From positions 744,001-808,000 of the forward strand of contig NOWV01000017.1 in assembly GCA_003344405.1 (NCBI GenBank): a stretch of DNA of 64,000 nucleotides, in the 5' to 3' direction. The notes under the pieces are model-generated. The model made no database searches. It was not told where the DNA came from and saw only the letters and a list, made by a program, of their open reading frames with translations. This DNA comes from Trichoplax sp. H2 (taxonomy: Eukaryota). The position numbers and the translations under genes were made by a program. Position 1 is the first letter of the stretch, and the number at the start of each line of letters is the position of its first letter. This document shows positions 43,298-58,421 of the stretch, in pieces.

Positions 43298-44731
43298 TTA
43301 GGCAGCTATAGATAACCTTATACACCCACTATATTATTTATCGTAAAGTTTAATTAAAATTTTGTCTAGCCTTCGCCATTACAGGTTGGATAATAATTTT
43401 TAAAATGAAACTTTTCTTAATAGAATTTTATGTAACCCATGGATTTATTAAGTGTGCATATATCTTTAACTAAAGTAAAGTCGTACAGTTACCTGCTATT
43501 AATATCAATCGATCATATCAGATTATAGCGTTATAACAGGAAATTAAAACAAGGTTTATGAACTATACACATGGTATGCACATTAATTGTAATGTATATT
43601 CATGTGTAATATATTTTAATTTATAACCATGTTTTATCTAAAATAAGGTATTAGTAGTCATACATATCAGTTCATGTTTAGATGGCATATATTACAGATT
43701 CATGATAAGCTTAGATATTAGCAATAATTCGTCTAATGAGAAAGAAAGGTTTTCTACATATAATAATTATTAATTTATTACTGTGTTTGCGGCAAACCTT
43801 AAAAAAATATGCTTGTCGACAAGCCGGCTTATTATTTTATTGCCAAGGATTCCTATTATTATGTATCATTGCTGTATGCATATTCAGTTATCTGATCAAC
43901 ACAAGACATTTAAGAAAAATGTTTATGAAATTTGCATAGTCGATTCAACCAAAAATGATTCCATCCAATTATTGGCTTTTGCTCCATCAGTAATGTGACT
44001 ATCTAAAATGCCAAAATAGCACTATATTTATTATAATCAACATGAGTTACATCGAAACAAAGTATAAAAATGATAATCTCAAGCAAAAAAATCCGTTACT
44101 ATCAATGTAACTTCATTGGATGCTAATCATGATCATGATATGGTTTAAGTTTGGGAGAAAATACGTCTGATCAAAAACTTTTAAAATTTTAATCGTAAAC
44201 ATGTATTTTAATCACATACCCTTCTGTACGAGTACGGGTACAGACTGTATACATACGCATACTCGTACATCGATATGCTAATTCTACGTATGCTGTATAC
44301 TGTGACAATTATTAATTATTTGTGTGTGGTCACAACATTAACATACATGAAGTATTTAAACAAGAATTCTGGTATCTATTCTCGCATGAGTACATCATAT
44401 GCTTAACTAAAATAGAACATAATTCCAATAAATATTAATAACTGCAAAAGATTTACGTAACAAAGTAAATTCCGATATTACTTACTACCATTAACAAACA
44501 TTGAATAATATTATTGTACTTGTAAAACTACTATACAGTATTCAAATATTCGCATAAATTAAACAGGTCTATGTATCTTGATAAACAACCATGCAACAGT
44601 TATATTTATTCAACAAAAAATTTTTGATTATCACCTGATGTCAATGATAGATTTCTATCATATAATTGATATAATCTAATTAAATATCATATATACGGTA
44701 TTATGAAATAGCATAAAAAATTTTAAAATGG

Positions 44732-47700
44732 TCAGTCATCCTCTACTTGGTTTTCAAGAGACGGATTGTCATCTTTATCACTATTGCAGTTAATTTTTCT
44801 TTTCCATATAAACACCATACCCTAAAAATTGATATTAATATTATTATCATTGTCATTTATCACATTGCTAAGTCTACTTGTAATATCAAGGTTGTTTATC
44901 GTAAACTTGAATGTAATAAGGAAATAAAAATACATACTAGAGAATCACTTGAAGCCAAAAAACTTTCGTCGTAATTCCAAGAAACACCCAAAACTGGGGC
45001 AGAATGACCGTGTAATATATTCACAGAGGCATTTTCATCATTTTTTTCGATGTTATACAGATGAACACATAGATCTTCACTTCCTGTCACTATAAGGCAC
45101 GGTAAATGAAAGACGCATTAATTGCAAATAATTATTTTCTACACTATGCGTACTGTACATATATGCATATACGGTTATAAATAAAAATTTAGAATTCAAT
45201 CAGGCATGATAGGTAAAACGTACATGATTAGGAATTAGTTTTATCTATAAAGGCTATTTACAGCATTAATAATTAGATGAGGATACAAACACTATAAATA
45301 AACAACAAAAATATTTCAAGTAGTTCGCTTACCTACGCAAGCACCCTCACGAAATGACATTATCGGACAAAATGTACTTTTAATATCTTGCTTGCTATGC
45401 CATACCGGATATGAACTTTTCAATTCAGCATTACCATCTGGTGAAATTATTCTAATTTTCAATTATAAATTAACTGTAAAATTTCTACCATTGTCTATCT
45501 TGAAAATGAAGCAAATCGAAATTTCTATATACGCCTGTGTTCAGGGTAGGTTTATTATAATTATTAACGAAAAACTAGTAAAACCGGTAGGAGAATACCA
45601 CATAGCGAAAGATTAATTCCTGTAACAACATTAAAGACTCAATAATAGGTATACCTTAACAACCACAAGCTATCTCTCATAGTATTCATTAATAATACTG
45701 GATTTTTCCCTTCTCGATTGGACCAGCTACGAGATACAATCGAAGTAATCGGGCTACCTTCATTTATAGTAATCCTACATGATATAGTAGATGAATTTTC
45801 GTTTAAAAAAAGTGGTACCTTAATGAATTAACCATAATTAATAGCATACTACATTATTGTAAGCGTACTTTCTACTCTTTATAATTTTTCCCGTCATTGT
45901 ATCGAAAATAAACGAGTAGATATGTCCCTGAAGTTCGAAGTGTTAGAGCAGTAATTTAAATAAATGAGAATTATCAGTGAGTACTAGGCCTCAATAGCAA
46001 TAATAACAGGGCCTACTTTAGTGTCACCGGACCAAAGTATTTTTCCATTTATATCAAATGCAAGGCATTTTACTACCCCTGAAACTTTGTTACCACCACC
46101 CTAAGAAATCAAATAGATAATAACGTCTCTTAACATTAATGAACTTGTATAACTTCCTAAAGGTCATACAGCAATAAATGGCGATTACTTCATAGTGTAT
46201 TAAGTATAGTTCTTAGTTTTGCAGTTATATCTCAGGTGAATATACCTTAATTCTTTTACCAGTAGAAGTATTATAGACTTGTACTTGCCATTTAGAGTTG
46301 CCAGTCTAATCAGAGTTTTACTCGTTAAGAAAACAAGACTATAAACTGGTGCCATCAATATAGATGGTTATACTGTAGCTATCATTCATAATTACAGTGA
46401 TATCATGTTATTTATATACTTTGCAAGTGTAAGGATACAACAACATGGTTATTATTAACTGGATGAAATATACAACAGTTAACTTCAGACGATCCATAAT
46501 CATTAACAACCCTAAGGCATGATCCACCAACAGAATTCCATATGCGCGTTGTTTTATCGGAAGAAGCACTCATAATTAAATCATTTGTTAGAGACCAAGA
46601 AAGATCTGAGGATATCCAGTGTACCCCCAATGATAAATAATGATAGTATTAGTTATAAAGAGGTCATGATAACTACATCAGTTCACTGTATAGCAATTTA
46701 AATACCTTGCTTTAATTGTTACTAACACGATGTATTACTTACCGTTTATACTGTTAGTATGTCCTTTTAATACAAATTGTACAGTAGGTGGATTAAGTCT
46801 AAGTATAGAAATAGTACCATCGACAGAACAGCACGCCAGTCTATCTCGTTCTTCATTAGCAAATTTAACAACCTTGACTGATAATTGATAAAGATATTTG
46901 ATTTCCATAGACAGGTAAAGTCAAAAAAAATTATTTGTAAAGACTATACAACATCCATATAAAGTAAATTAAATTATTTATGGTAGATTGAATATTTTAC
47001 CTGCTTTCATATGCTGATGAAATACATGGTAAACAGGTTCGAATTGATAGTACTGCTCGATATTTTGATTGCCAGCTAATTTTCTATTGTAGAGTTGCAT
47101 ATTAGCAGAGCAAATAGTTAATCCGTCATATACATAAAGATAGTTTATAACAGATCGAATGAACATTATTAAGAAGGCTTTCTCGATAGCTAAAATAATT
47201 TACTTGCTAGCTTTTGCATCTTCCGTTGGTATAACGTTTTCGTTGTCAAGTTGAGGAACAATTAGACTTTTAGTATTATTAGCTGCTGTATTCTTGTCTT
47301 CATAGTTGATAGAACCTAGACTTGTTGAACGTGGTCGTAAGAAGGAGAAAGAACTATCACTTTGTAAACGGCTATGTCTAGGTGATCTATTGGTAGAACT
47401 TGGGGATGAGGATCCAAGTTGCAATGATACAGATCCAATAGGTTGCTATAATATTTAATATAGATATTTTTCATTTTATATATTAGAAATTTTGCCAGCT
47501 TCTATTACAGTATAATTTATACCATAAATGGCTAATGTTTTTAATAGTAAACACGGTATGTCTAATTGTAGTCCTATAAGAAATAAGATTAAAATTGAGT
47601 TAACCTCATATAACGATTCCGCTCTACTTCTAATACTAGGATCACGGCTTCTAAAAATTAAGAATACAAAATGTAATACGAACGAGTTGTACTATATATT

Positions 47701-49350
47701 GTAAATTAAATAATTATAACAAGCGTTATGAAAACTGACCTCAAATCAGGAACACTTCCGTATTTTATAGTTAAAATTTGAGTTCTGATTTTCAGATATT
47801 GTTTTCTAATATTTGGATCCAACTGTACAAATATTGGGTTAATGTTTAATAACTTTATATTGAAGCAACATCAATATCGATAAGCTATAATTTTAAAATA
47901 AGGCATATTTTGCCAGATATATAATGGCATCCGTGGTATTCTAAGTAATAATTTGCATTGTTCCATTTGTGTATGATTACTGTAGTAAAAAAGATATGTT
48001 TCAAGCTAGTTACATCATATTCAAAATTTATTATTGTACCTCTTTTTTAGTATTTTCGCGCAGTAATTGTGTTCTTCTCTTGAGATACAATGTTCCTATA
48101 ATTTGGTACAGTATGTTAGTAGCTGTTTCATACATTGCTGATTTTCTTGATATAACAGAGCATAAAGTAGAGAAAGATTGTGAGATGTTTATAATTCTCA
48201 TACTGTCAGTACTTGGATAATATTATCAAGCCAATACTGGCGTATAGAAGGGATATCGTTTTATAAAGATTCTAACAGTTCAATTGTAAATTACAGTATA
48301 TCTTTAAATGCATGGAATAAAAACGAAGATGTATTCAATATTCATAAGTTAAAGGATGTAATTGAAATATGATAATTGTATTGTAAACTTCATCAACTTA
48401 CACTTACGAGTATAAATACTCCTATATACTGTTGTGATTGGTTTTAATACATTATACAAGTTCGTGGGCAACAAAAAGTCTGTGATTTCTTTCTATGTTG
48501 TTTGGACCGGATCGGCAATCAGGTTATACTCTAGAATGATTCATTTTCATGGCTGTGGAGATATCTTTGCAAAGTAGCCTTGTCATATTTCGTAAATTAG
48601 TGATATAGTAAAACCATTTAGTAATTAGATACTTTTACTACCTCTCCATTAATTAATTAGAACTATTAAAAAACACGCGTATAAGTTGATTTATTTACTA
48701 ATTTGGACAGAAAATACGTATACAATTCACTAGATCAAATGTCGATAGACCAAGACACGATACTATATCGTCAAATTACTCTATTCAAATATGAGCTACT
48801 TCTAGCTACAGTATATCGGTAGTCAAAGAGAAATTTGTCATTGGATACTTTCGTTAACCGAGATGTAATTGCTTGATGGTAGAGTAGAAGCAGATTCCGA
48901 TACTGTACGTTGTTCGATGTAGTCAGCTACTAGTAAGTACAGTACGAGTATATATCTTGTAGGTGATAACTAAGCTTTACACATTCGTATCCTTGCAATC
49001 CGGATTGATATAATTAATATAATACATTACAATTAGATATACATGAAATAACGGAATCAGTCCTAGGAAGATGGATCATCCATCACTTTATTTATTACAA
49101 GCATGACTATTCTGCTTAATGCAATCAATGATGTCCGTGAAGATGGCACTTGCCGTTGTCATTTGTACTCATGGCCGTGTAGAAGAAATGATCATTTGCA
49201 AGAGAGAATATTTCTTGGAAAACGATGATCAAAATTATTTCCAAGATGGCTAATTTCTAAATCAATTCACTTACTTATTCGTGGACTATTCGCTGTCCTA
49301 CACATGCTATAATGCGAATCAAAAGCCGCAATTTGCTGTGCTATATTCAT
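44732..49350 (-). CDS. WDR13: WD repeat-containing protein 13
   Basis: MNIAQQIAAFDSHY..-RTLYLKRRTQLLRENTK..-YYQFEPVYHVFHQH..-VKFANEERDRLACCSVDG..[58 protein letters not shown], matching recalled WDR13. Confidence 0.93.
46306..46438 (-). other. Probable U12-type (minor spliceosome) GT-AG intron in WDR13
   Basis: Donor GTATCCTTAC; branch-like TTTCTTAAC about 18 nt before the AG; flanking exons join in frame (NHVV|TGNSK). Confidence 0.75.
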
Positions 49351-49427
49351 GATTGATTTGACGACGGAGTAACCATGTTGTGCTTTGAGCCAAAACTGGA
49401 GATTTTGGCTCTTTCACTTTAGCTTGG

Positions 49428-49606
49428 CCACTGTACATGTACAGTAGAAGTTTACTGTGTTCAGTATATTATCACACACTAACTGGTACGGTACTGTATG
49501 GAGCAGCGCACCATACGGTACGAGCAGTTCAGTCAGTACTGTGTACAATACAGTACAATTTAGCATGTACTGTACACTGTATACTGTACACTGTACAGTA
49601 CTGTAC
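49428..49606. repeat. CAGTA/TACTG tract upstream of WDR13
   Basis: gtactgtacactgtatactgtacactgtacagtactgtac. Confidence 0.85.
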
Positions 49607-49643
49607 GGGTTACCCAAGATACTACGGTAGCTCTCGGACATCT

Positions 49644-50112
49644 TGTTTCGGGATTTACTGGAAGATTAGATTTATGAAGGTGGCACAGCAATCGACCAGA
49701 AGACTGGCTAAAGTAAAACATATTTCAATTAGCAATATCCTATCAGTACAGTACAATCGAAAACGAATAAGAAAGTGTTGTTGAGACTCAATTCTTCATC
49801 ATGTTTCGGGATTTACTGGAAGATTATGATTTATGAAGGTGGCACAGCAATCGACCAAAGGGCTGGCTAAAGTAAAACATATTTCAATTAGCAATATCCT
49901 ATCAGTATAGTACAATCGAAAACGAATAAGAAAGTGTTGTTGAGACCCAATTCTTCATCATGTTTCGGGATTTACTGGAAGATTATGATTTATGAAGGTG
50001 GCACAGCAATCGACCAGAAGGACTGGCTAAAGTAAAACATATTTCCATTGGCAATATCCTATCAGTACAGTACAATCGAAAACGAATAAGAAAGTGTTGT
50101 TGACTCAATTCT
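49644..50112 (+). repeat. Tandem repeat, three copies of a ~158-159-bp unit
   Basis: Units start tgtttcgggatttactggaag at 49644, 49802 and 49961. Confidence 0.95.
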
Positions 50113-53100
50113 ATTCTTGCGGAAGCGTGCACGTTCTACTCTTAAGTCTATAACAAAAGCTGGAATCTTCCGTTTTCTGATGGTGGATGAAACTGATCTT
50201 TAGAAGGCAAATAGCTCATCAGTAATAACACTATCAAATTCTCTCCGGTCCAATGTTATCATGCAACACTGGTATTTACAGTTTAATGAAAATTTACTTC
50301 TCGACAAGATAAGGAGAAAGCTAAATCTACAAATCTTCTCCCTGAACCGCGTAGAAGGGCACTAAAATCTATCCAAGAAACACTTTAGAACACTTCTCCC
50401 TGATTCCCAGTGATTTGCACGGTATTGACTTTGTGCTAAACATTAAATTTAAGAATTTCATTCAGGGAGGTCACAAAACGGCTTTGCAACGAGATAACGT
50501 AATGTACGATTAGTAAGTCAATTCCCCGAGCCATATATCAGGGAATAATATCTGCACTATCAGGAACACTTCTTCCTCTATTAACAGGCAGCACAAAGAC
50601 TAACTACGATTCATGAACTATTGTAAAGGATATATAAATGCGGTATACCGCATAATATAATTCCGTTCTTAAAATTAGTGCTCAACATAAAATACGAGGC
50701 AGGCCTCATAGTAAGATTATCTTTGAAGGCATTCAATGAGTTAGAAGCTAACTTTACCTACTGCTACCCAATGAAGACAATAGTATTTACGAACATAGAT
50801 ATCTAATAACTAGTGCAAAATAATCAGATTGCAATCGTAATATCACGGAACATTTTTATGATCATCTACTATTAGAAAGTTACAATCACAGGGATTCGAA
50901 CCGTGAATAGATTATTCTTAATTCCCTAATTTAACTATTTATCTCAGAACACGTATATATATCACTATTACAACAAGCTAGTGCTATATTTGGTATATCT
51001 AAATTAGAAACAAATTAAATAAGGGTAAACCAACAGAATTATCCTAAAATATTTCTACTCTAATCTCGACAATACAGTATAAAACACTGTAACAAGGGAC
51101 ATCTAAAATCCCTGCTTTATAGTGCGCTATGCTGAGCTTATATGTATGCATTTCTAAAATAGCTAGAAGTTATAATTAATTGGAATCGATAGCACCTATA
51201 AATCAGGTTGCAAATTTATATCGAAATACCTAATTTATCGATAATGCGAGATTTGAAGGACATAGAGATCTGATAACTAACACAAAATAGCTTAAGCACA
51301 GTGTACCCATTTATGGAATTAATTTAGGCATAATATGCAGCCTACTACAGCTCAATCACATATTTCGTTACAAAACGTTTAAATTAATTAATATGAACTT
51401 TCGCAATCTGAATAAGGCTATACTACTAAACACTAATTTCTGAAGATAATTGTAACATACAAATATTAGCAAAAATTGCCATATTGTGTACCTCCTTTTG
51501 TGTAATTCTATAATAGTGTTCACTATCGCGTCGCAAATAATAACTAATTATGGCTGCCAAGATGCATCCTCATACTGGTGCATTTTAATAAAATAAACTA
51601 TTCTGATAGGTTAAGGTTAAAATAGTAGGGTTTATTGCAACAGGCAGTCGATGAGATTCCATTCAGTGCTTCTACTCCCCATGACCTACGCGAACAGATT
51701 CCAACACTATTGAAAGTTTATATTGTACGACATCAATATACTATAAACTTCCAACTTTTACCTCTAAAATTCTCTCGTCTCTAAACAGTTGGAAAGACAG
51801 CGGCAGGCATGCAATCACTCTAGTAGAAGTGTATAAACACGAAATAAGAAAGCCAAAAGCCAAAATGAGAAAAAAAAATGGAGGGTATGGGATACAGACG
51901 GACAGGCGGTCTAACTCTTGTACTATACTGTACTAGTCAGTACTATATAGCAGCTAAAACACTCGTAGAGAATCTATACAAATGCATAGTATCTGCTGGA
52001 ACAAGTTCCACACAATAATTGCGTACGATTTATAGAGGACGATAATGGATACCGATCGTCATAACAACCATCTACTGGAGCTGGCTGGAGTCAAGGAGTC
52101 CTTCCCACTCTGATTTTAAATACTTTCAAGATCAAATTGGATTGAAAGGAGAAAAGATATCAGCCCCTTTTTTACTGAAGAGGATTCCGAACTTCTCATT
52201 CATTATCCCTCTTTCCCCCCCCCCATGCTATCCGCGAAGACACCATCCTATCCTAGGCTCGAATCCATAAATGACGGTGTAAGTAAAATTGCCGGCGATA
52301 GCACAGTATAGAAAGCTGTTGTCGATACAAAATGACTCGATTGAATATTGAAATTAAGGCGTAAATGACTACTGTTGTGACAATACAGTGGATAGATCAA
52401 TATCATTTAGTAATTTATACTTTAACTATAAGCAGTGACTTTAAAACTTCATAAACACCATTGCAATAGTCTATCATTTCGCTATTTTGAATCAATTGAT
52501 CATGACCAAACGTAAATATCAATTCAATTATGACAATTTATTTTAATACTAGTGTAGGGAAAAATAATCGATCGCTTTTCTAAACTAATCATAATATAAA
52601 GATACAGGATATGCAAATGAAAGGCTGATGATGCTTGAAATCGACCGATAATGTATTATGATAGGAATCCAATTAGTCGATTGACGTTCGATTGAAAATG
52701 GAATGCGACTATAATCAATCTATTCTTGGACAACGATTAATCATAATTTGATAGGGTAACTTGACACACTTTTGCATACTCGAAAAGTACAACGTAATGG
52801 CAGCCAATGAATTCATACTTTAACTATCTTATAGACATGACGCTTAGAATAAGTATGTGTATAATCTTCTCTTGTTCTAATCAGGTGCAATCATCACATA
52901 CCAGTACTATCTTACAAACGCTATGTGTAAGAATACATGGATATGATCATCTCTTGTTATGGAATGCAATGACAACCAAGTAATGGATAAATTGCTACCT
53001 TATAGATACTGCACGTATGTGTAGAATAATATTTAAATGTCCAAGTTGATTTGGTGGACGTCATTTTCCTACAATGAAAGACAGTTCAATATCAATATGC

Positions 53101-55780
53101 AAGAATTTGATCCATATTCGCTTTCATCGCTACAGTATCCCTCATACAGGAAAACAACTTAAATAGAATAAAATTCAATCAAGTTAACCGCCCATTCGCT
53201 AGTACATTGATTTTTATAATATTGAAAACAGTCAATACCCATTGTGAGCCAACCGAAACTATGCGTAGACATTATAAATTGAGAGATCATTTTCAAAACC
53301 CCATCACAGCGTTAGTAGAGATAGAGAGAGAGAAAATAAATACAATTTTAGAACCAAATGGATCAAGTTCTTGCTATGTCTACTACGATAATATAGGCTG
53401 ATTTCTCAATGATATTCTCCTACGATCACTCTATTACTATTTAACATAAATATGATTTTAATTTTCAATAGATAGTGAATGCTTTGTATTATAGTTGACA
53501 AATTCCTATTACCGATAGTGATTAATGCTATATTAATCATGTTGATCATCAATCTACTGTAACTTGAAGAAAAGAAAAATTTACACTGTTTATGTAAAAT
53601 CATTAGTAAGATGGATATGACAAATCGATACAGAAAATGTTGAGTAGGGCTTAGTTTAAACTACTCATCCATAATTCAGTTTGACTTAATCCGATAAATT
53701 GTCTAGCATTTTAATCTTTAGCTAAGCATTGATTAAAATGTTCATTACAAGTAAATAACGATTACTTAAGCAGACTGTTCACTATTTGATGTCTTTGAAG
53801 ATGGCCAACATCAAGTGCAAACTCGTGAATGGAGTAAAAATCCTTAAAATTTTGAGACCGCTACAATAAATTTTCTTGATCTTCAATTACATCTACGTAC
53901 GGTAATTTCATCGTTATTTACTCGTCATGAACTTTTCAATGGTATTGATTAAGCTTTACACCCTAACTTCGAACATACCCGAAGAATAAATTAAAGTCTC
54001 TTCCCTTTTTTCTCTCGGTAGTGTAATCAATTTTGACAACTTTAAAGTACTCATGGATTGAAGTTTATTTCCTAACATTTTTTCAGCTGTGATATTATCC
54101 GCTAGGGAACTAATTTATAATTATTCTGTTAGTAGACAATAAATTAAAATAGACTAGAATACGCTCTAGTATACGGCATTAAATCATAGTATATAAATGA
54201 TAATTTTAGCGGAAAATTTTCCCTAATAAGTTGTAACAACTCTTTAAGCATTGAATCAAGTATAAGCCAATTAATCATTTTCGATTAAGAGGGTATACCT
54301 TTATTTATTTCAATATCGTGGTAATAGAATATTGAAAGTCAACCGTGTGACTATAGGTTGCAGCAGTTTATTATTTTGATCTATTATTTTTCCTGAATAA
54401 AATTAGATTACATTACACAACATAGGTTGTCTAAATAGACTTACTAATTCTTCCATTAAATCGTATCCATTTGATTACCAACTGTTTATACCGTTGAACA
54501 TTTGTAATTCTTTACTTTGTAATGAATGCTATTTACTCCTGTTACCTTATTCCTAAATACGAAAATGAGGAATATTACAAGTCCTATTAGTTGAAGCATC
54601 ATTGTGTGTAGATTAAATGATAGACATTCTAAAATACAAGATTAAGAATTGTATTAGCTATTAGTGGTCCCTAATTAATCAATTTCAACCTAAGTTATCA
54701 AATCATATTATTACCTTCAAGGAATAATCTGCTTAGCTGACCATTTTATAGATCCTTCAAACAATTGGATTCTCCGTTGTCTGAAATAATAACTGCTTCA
54801 TACACCTTTGTATGATCTAATTCCAAGTTTTAGCATAGTAGAAAGTCGTTAGTATGAATGATCGCGGTTTGATAGCGTACAAATTTTGAGATTTAATTGT
54901 GAGACCCTATAGTAGTTGAAAATAGCAATGGCGAATATAGTTTATGAAGTAAAAGTGCGATACCAGGAACTATTAAATACTCTAATTTTAGATTATTTGC
55001 TTTCGTAAATTATTGCGATTCCACAGCTTTTAAGAAAAATATATGGTCAATTATTTTCAGCAATACTTGCTTGTTCTGAGATAGGATAGGATCTCATTCT
55101 TTGCGTATAAATTTAAGTGTAGAATTCTTATTCTTATAGGCTGCTATTTACTAGAAATATTCGATCTACTAGATACATGCTTATTATGAAATAACATTAA
55201 GATGATTGTGATATCATAAGTAAATCTTTAATTTTTGATTAAATTGTTTGCTGTTTATAATGACAACAGGTTCCAAATTTAAGTACTTGTGTGTGTTAAA
55301 TATGATTCATGTCAATGTTAATAATATCAAATGACATCTATATACAGATCTTTTGTTTATCATAAAATAATATACGAAATCTAGGTCTAATTTTATTCCT
55401 CCTAGATTATGTATACAGAACGTTTGAAACAAGCTAATTCTTAAAAATTTTATGCACATAGGAATAGAATCAGATCCATCGATCGTAGGATTTGACAAAC
55501 TCGATTGCCATAAACATTGTTATTCAAAGTTAATAACCTGTTACTTGTAGCGCAGTTAATTTCATCATCATTTTATGCTTTATTCAACCGTTTTTAACTG
55601 ATGCTATTTGAAGGTATGTACCACTAAAGCAAAACCATTAACTTATAGAAAGTGCTTATTTACTAACAGTAAATTATTTGAAATATCATGTACGGCTATT
55701 ATTCAATATTGAGTGAGACAATTAATCCTCATTTCTCCCGTTTTTCTCTTCATTCAGTAAAGTAATGTCAAACATTCGCT

Positions 55781-56612
55781 ATGTCTAGCAATCCAAAAGC
55801 AGATGAGAATAACAAAAAAATTGAACGTTCACCTTATCATGAACGCCAGAGACAAGGTCTATGTGCGTTACATACGCTAAATTGTATTTTTCAAGATGGT
55901 ACATTTACCAAAAAAGATCTCGATAATATTTGTTTCGAATTATCTGACAAAAAGTGGTTCAATCCACATAAAAGTTATAGCGGGTTCTATGATGTCAACG
56001 TTATTATTTCAGCCTTACGAAAAAAGTCCTATTCCTTGATTTGGTTCGACAGAAGAAAGTATGATATATGCATATACTAGTGATAATATAAAAGAATGCT
56101 TATAATATTAAAATACGGTAATTAGTTGAAAGTTGATTGTGTTATTTTGAATAAGTTATCATACTATATTGCACAGTTACCAAATATAGCAAAAATTGGG
56201 CAATACCATAATTTCTATTTAGTTATTGATATTAGTTATATTATATCAATGCTACCTAAAAAGCCGATATATTCCCTAACAACCTATTTTTGGATGTATT
56301 ACAACTAGGAAAATATCAAGTATAAATTTTAGCAACGTCTTCTCATTTGTTGTCAATACTTCAACTAATTTCAAACTATGTTGGTTGGTATTAAAATCTT
56401 ATTGGAGCCATTGGTTTAGTATCCGTCAAATTGGTGATAATTACTACAATCTGGATTCGAAATTAACTCGTCCACAGCAAGTACAAAATATTACAGATTT
56501 CTTGCAACCATATTCCATTAACCCAAATTGTCATATATTTCTTGTGGTTTCTGAGGATGTAGAAAAGGAGAAATCGTGGCTAATTGATGATGAATCGACT
56601 ACCTCAGATTAA
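55781..56612 (+). CDS. Josephin-domain deubiquitinase (JOSD1/2-like), 2 exons
   Basis: Exon 55781-56058 (YHERQRQGLCALHTLNCIFQ..NPHKS..YDVNVI..WFDRRK) plus exon 56309-56612 (HWFSIRQIGDNYYNLDS). The Cys/His/Asp catalytic triad is present. Confidence 0.93.
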
Positions 56613-58421
56613 TTTATCACTTACTATACAGATATGGCAAATGATAAGGATAAGAGATTACTTACCTTGTAATGATTCAATGATATTAATCGTGAACTGA
56701 TACAAATAATTTTATAAGCTGTAATAATTCAAGGGATACATGTACCTAATATTGCTGCAATTATGTATTATACAGAAAACTTATATATGATAGGATGTTC
56801 TACAGCGTATAGTAACTGCTTTGACTTCTAAGTTTATCAAACGCTGAAAGTCAATAATGCTGTACGTAGTAATTTTGGGGGTAAATGTTTACCTTAACTT
56901 GAATCATAGATTAGATCAACTGACGAACAATTAATTTATAGCTTGCTTACTTATTGTATACTTATGGCGTGCTATATGATATATTTTAGTATTTACCATT
57001 ATGGAACTAAATTTACCGTATCGTTACTTCTATGCTACATTTTTTCACTCGACAACTTATTCTGGAATTTAAGGTTTTAATAATATCTATTATAAGTATG
57101 TACAGTAATTCTAATTTCGATAAATAACAGAGACGGAGCGCGGTAATACGTGAAAAGTATTACATACTACGATGTACTGCACAGCAGACGTCAGCGCTGC
57201 TCAACAGATTTTGCAGATCTCTGCTGTACAGTATATTTATACCTTAATACTATTTACTGTGCTTTCTACTTTATAACTAGTAAAATTTCTTAATTAGATT
57301 CCAATTGTACAATTCATGCATTTTACTAAAAGGATAATATCCGAAGATGATCGTGGCCAAGTAAGACGTTATTTTATTGTAAACTAAACTTTATGAAAGT
57401 TAACTAATCCTAGAATAGCAACTTAATCCATTCGATTTCTTAAAGTATTCAATAAATCATATCATGAGTGTGATATGTTAACGGACGACTAGATATATAT
57501 ATCTACTTAGTTCCTTCATTATAATATAATTAGAGGGATGTTTATTGAAACTAGAATCTCTGATAATTAGTAAACATCAATAGTTTAAAGCCAATAATAC
57601 CAGCATCGCTTAACTGGGGCTTACTTTTATTTAAAAGTATCAGTTATCTGTGCCCACTGTTATAAGATAGAAATTGATCACCAGACTGGACCAATAGTTG
57701 CTTTGAGATACGTTGATGGAATTCAGATCATTTTATCAGTAGCATACGAACAGTAGTAAGATAGCCAAGGTTACTACAACGTGTTATCTTTAAGCTACAT
57801 TAAGAATATTAGACACAGTAACAGGCAGTATAAGCGGCAGTAACGATAGCAGCAATTCATGTAGCATAGCAAATAGTATTCGTCATCGACTAATTTTTAA
57901 ATAGGGCGGGATGATCTAGTTTAAGGAGAAAATTTTATTCATGAAATATCACAATTCCAAATACAATATCAATCGCCCTGACAAAATTAATGACTTAAAT
58001 TCTATGAATACCTACATATACGAGTTTGATCTCTAGAAGACATTTGCCTAACTTTAGACTATACATTCGTATGCAATAATATGGCATGATGGCATTGAAA
58101 GTATTATTAGTACAGTAAGATCACACTTCGTATAAGCTCTGCTGTATCATCATTTTGCTAACTTGCATGTATACGAGAAGCCGGTTCTAAAAATTTTCAG
58201 ATTTAAAATTTCTTAGTATAATACAGCAGCCTCAGTATTGCAGAGTTCTCCTAATTCATAAAGTTTAAAATTAGATAGGAGTTAAACTGGCACGTCAGTG
58301 GACTGGTAGTTTGTACGATATTGTGCAGCAATGATGCTTGAACTCGTTACAGCATTATAACTTGGGTTTAGCTTAGAACATGTAGTACAGTAGGTAAAAT
58401 AAAATAATTGTATTAAGATGA

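Noticed and set aside
49644-50112. Possible CRISPR-like array
   Set aside because: Whole units repeat with no unique spacers, the context is eukaryotic, and there are no cas genes.
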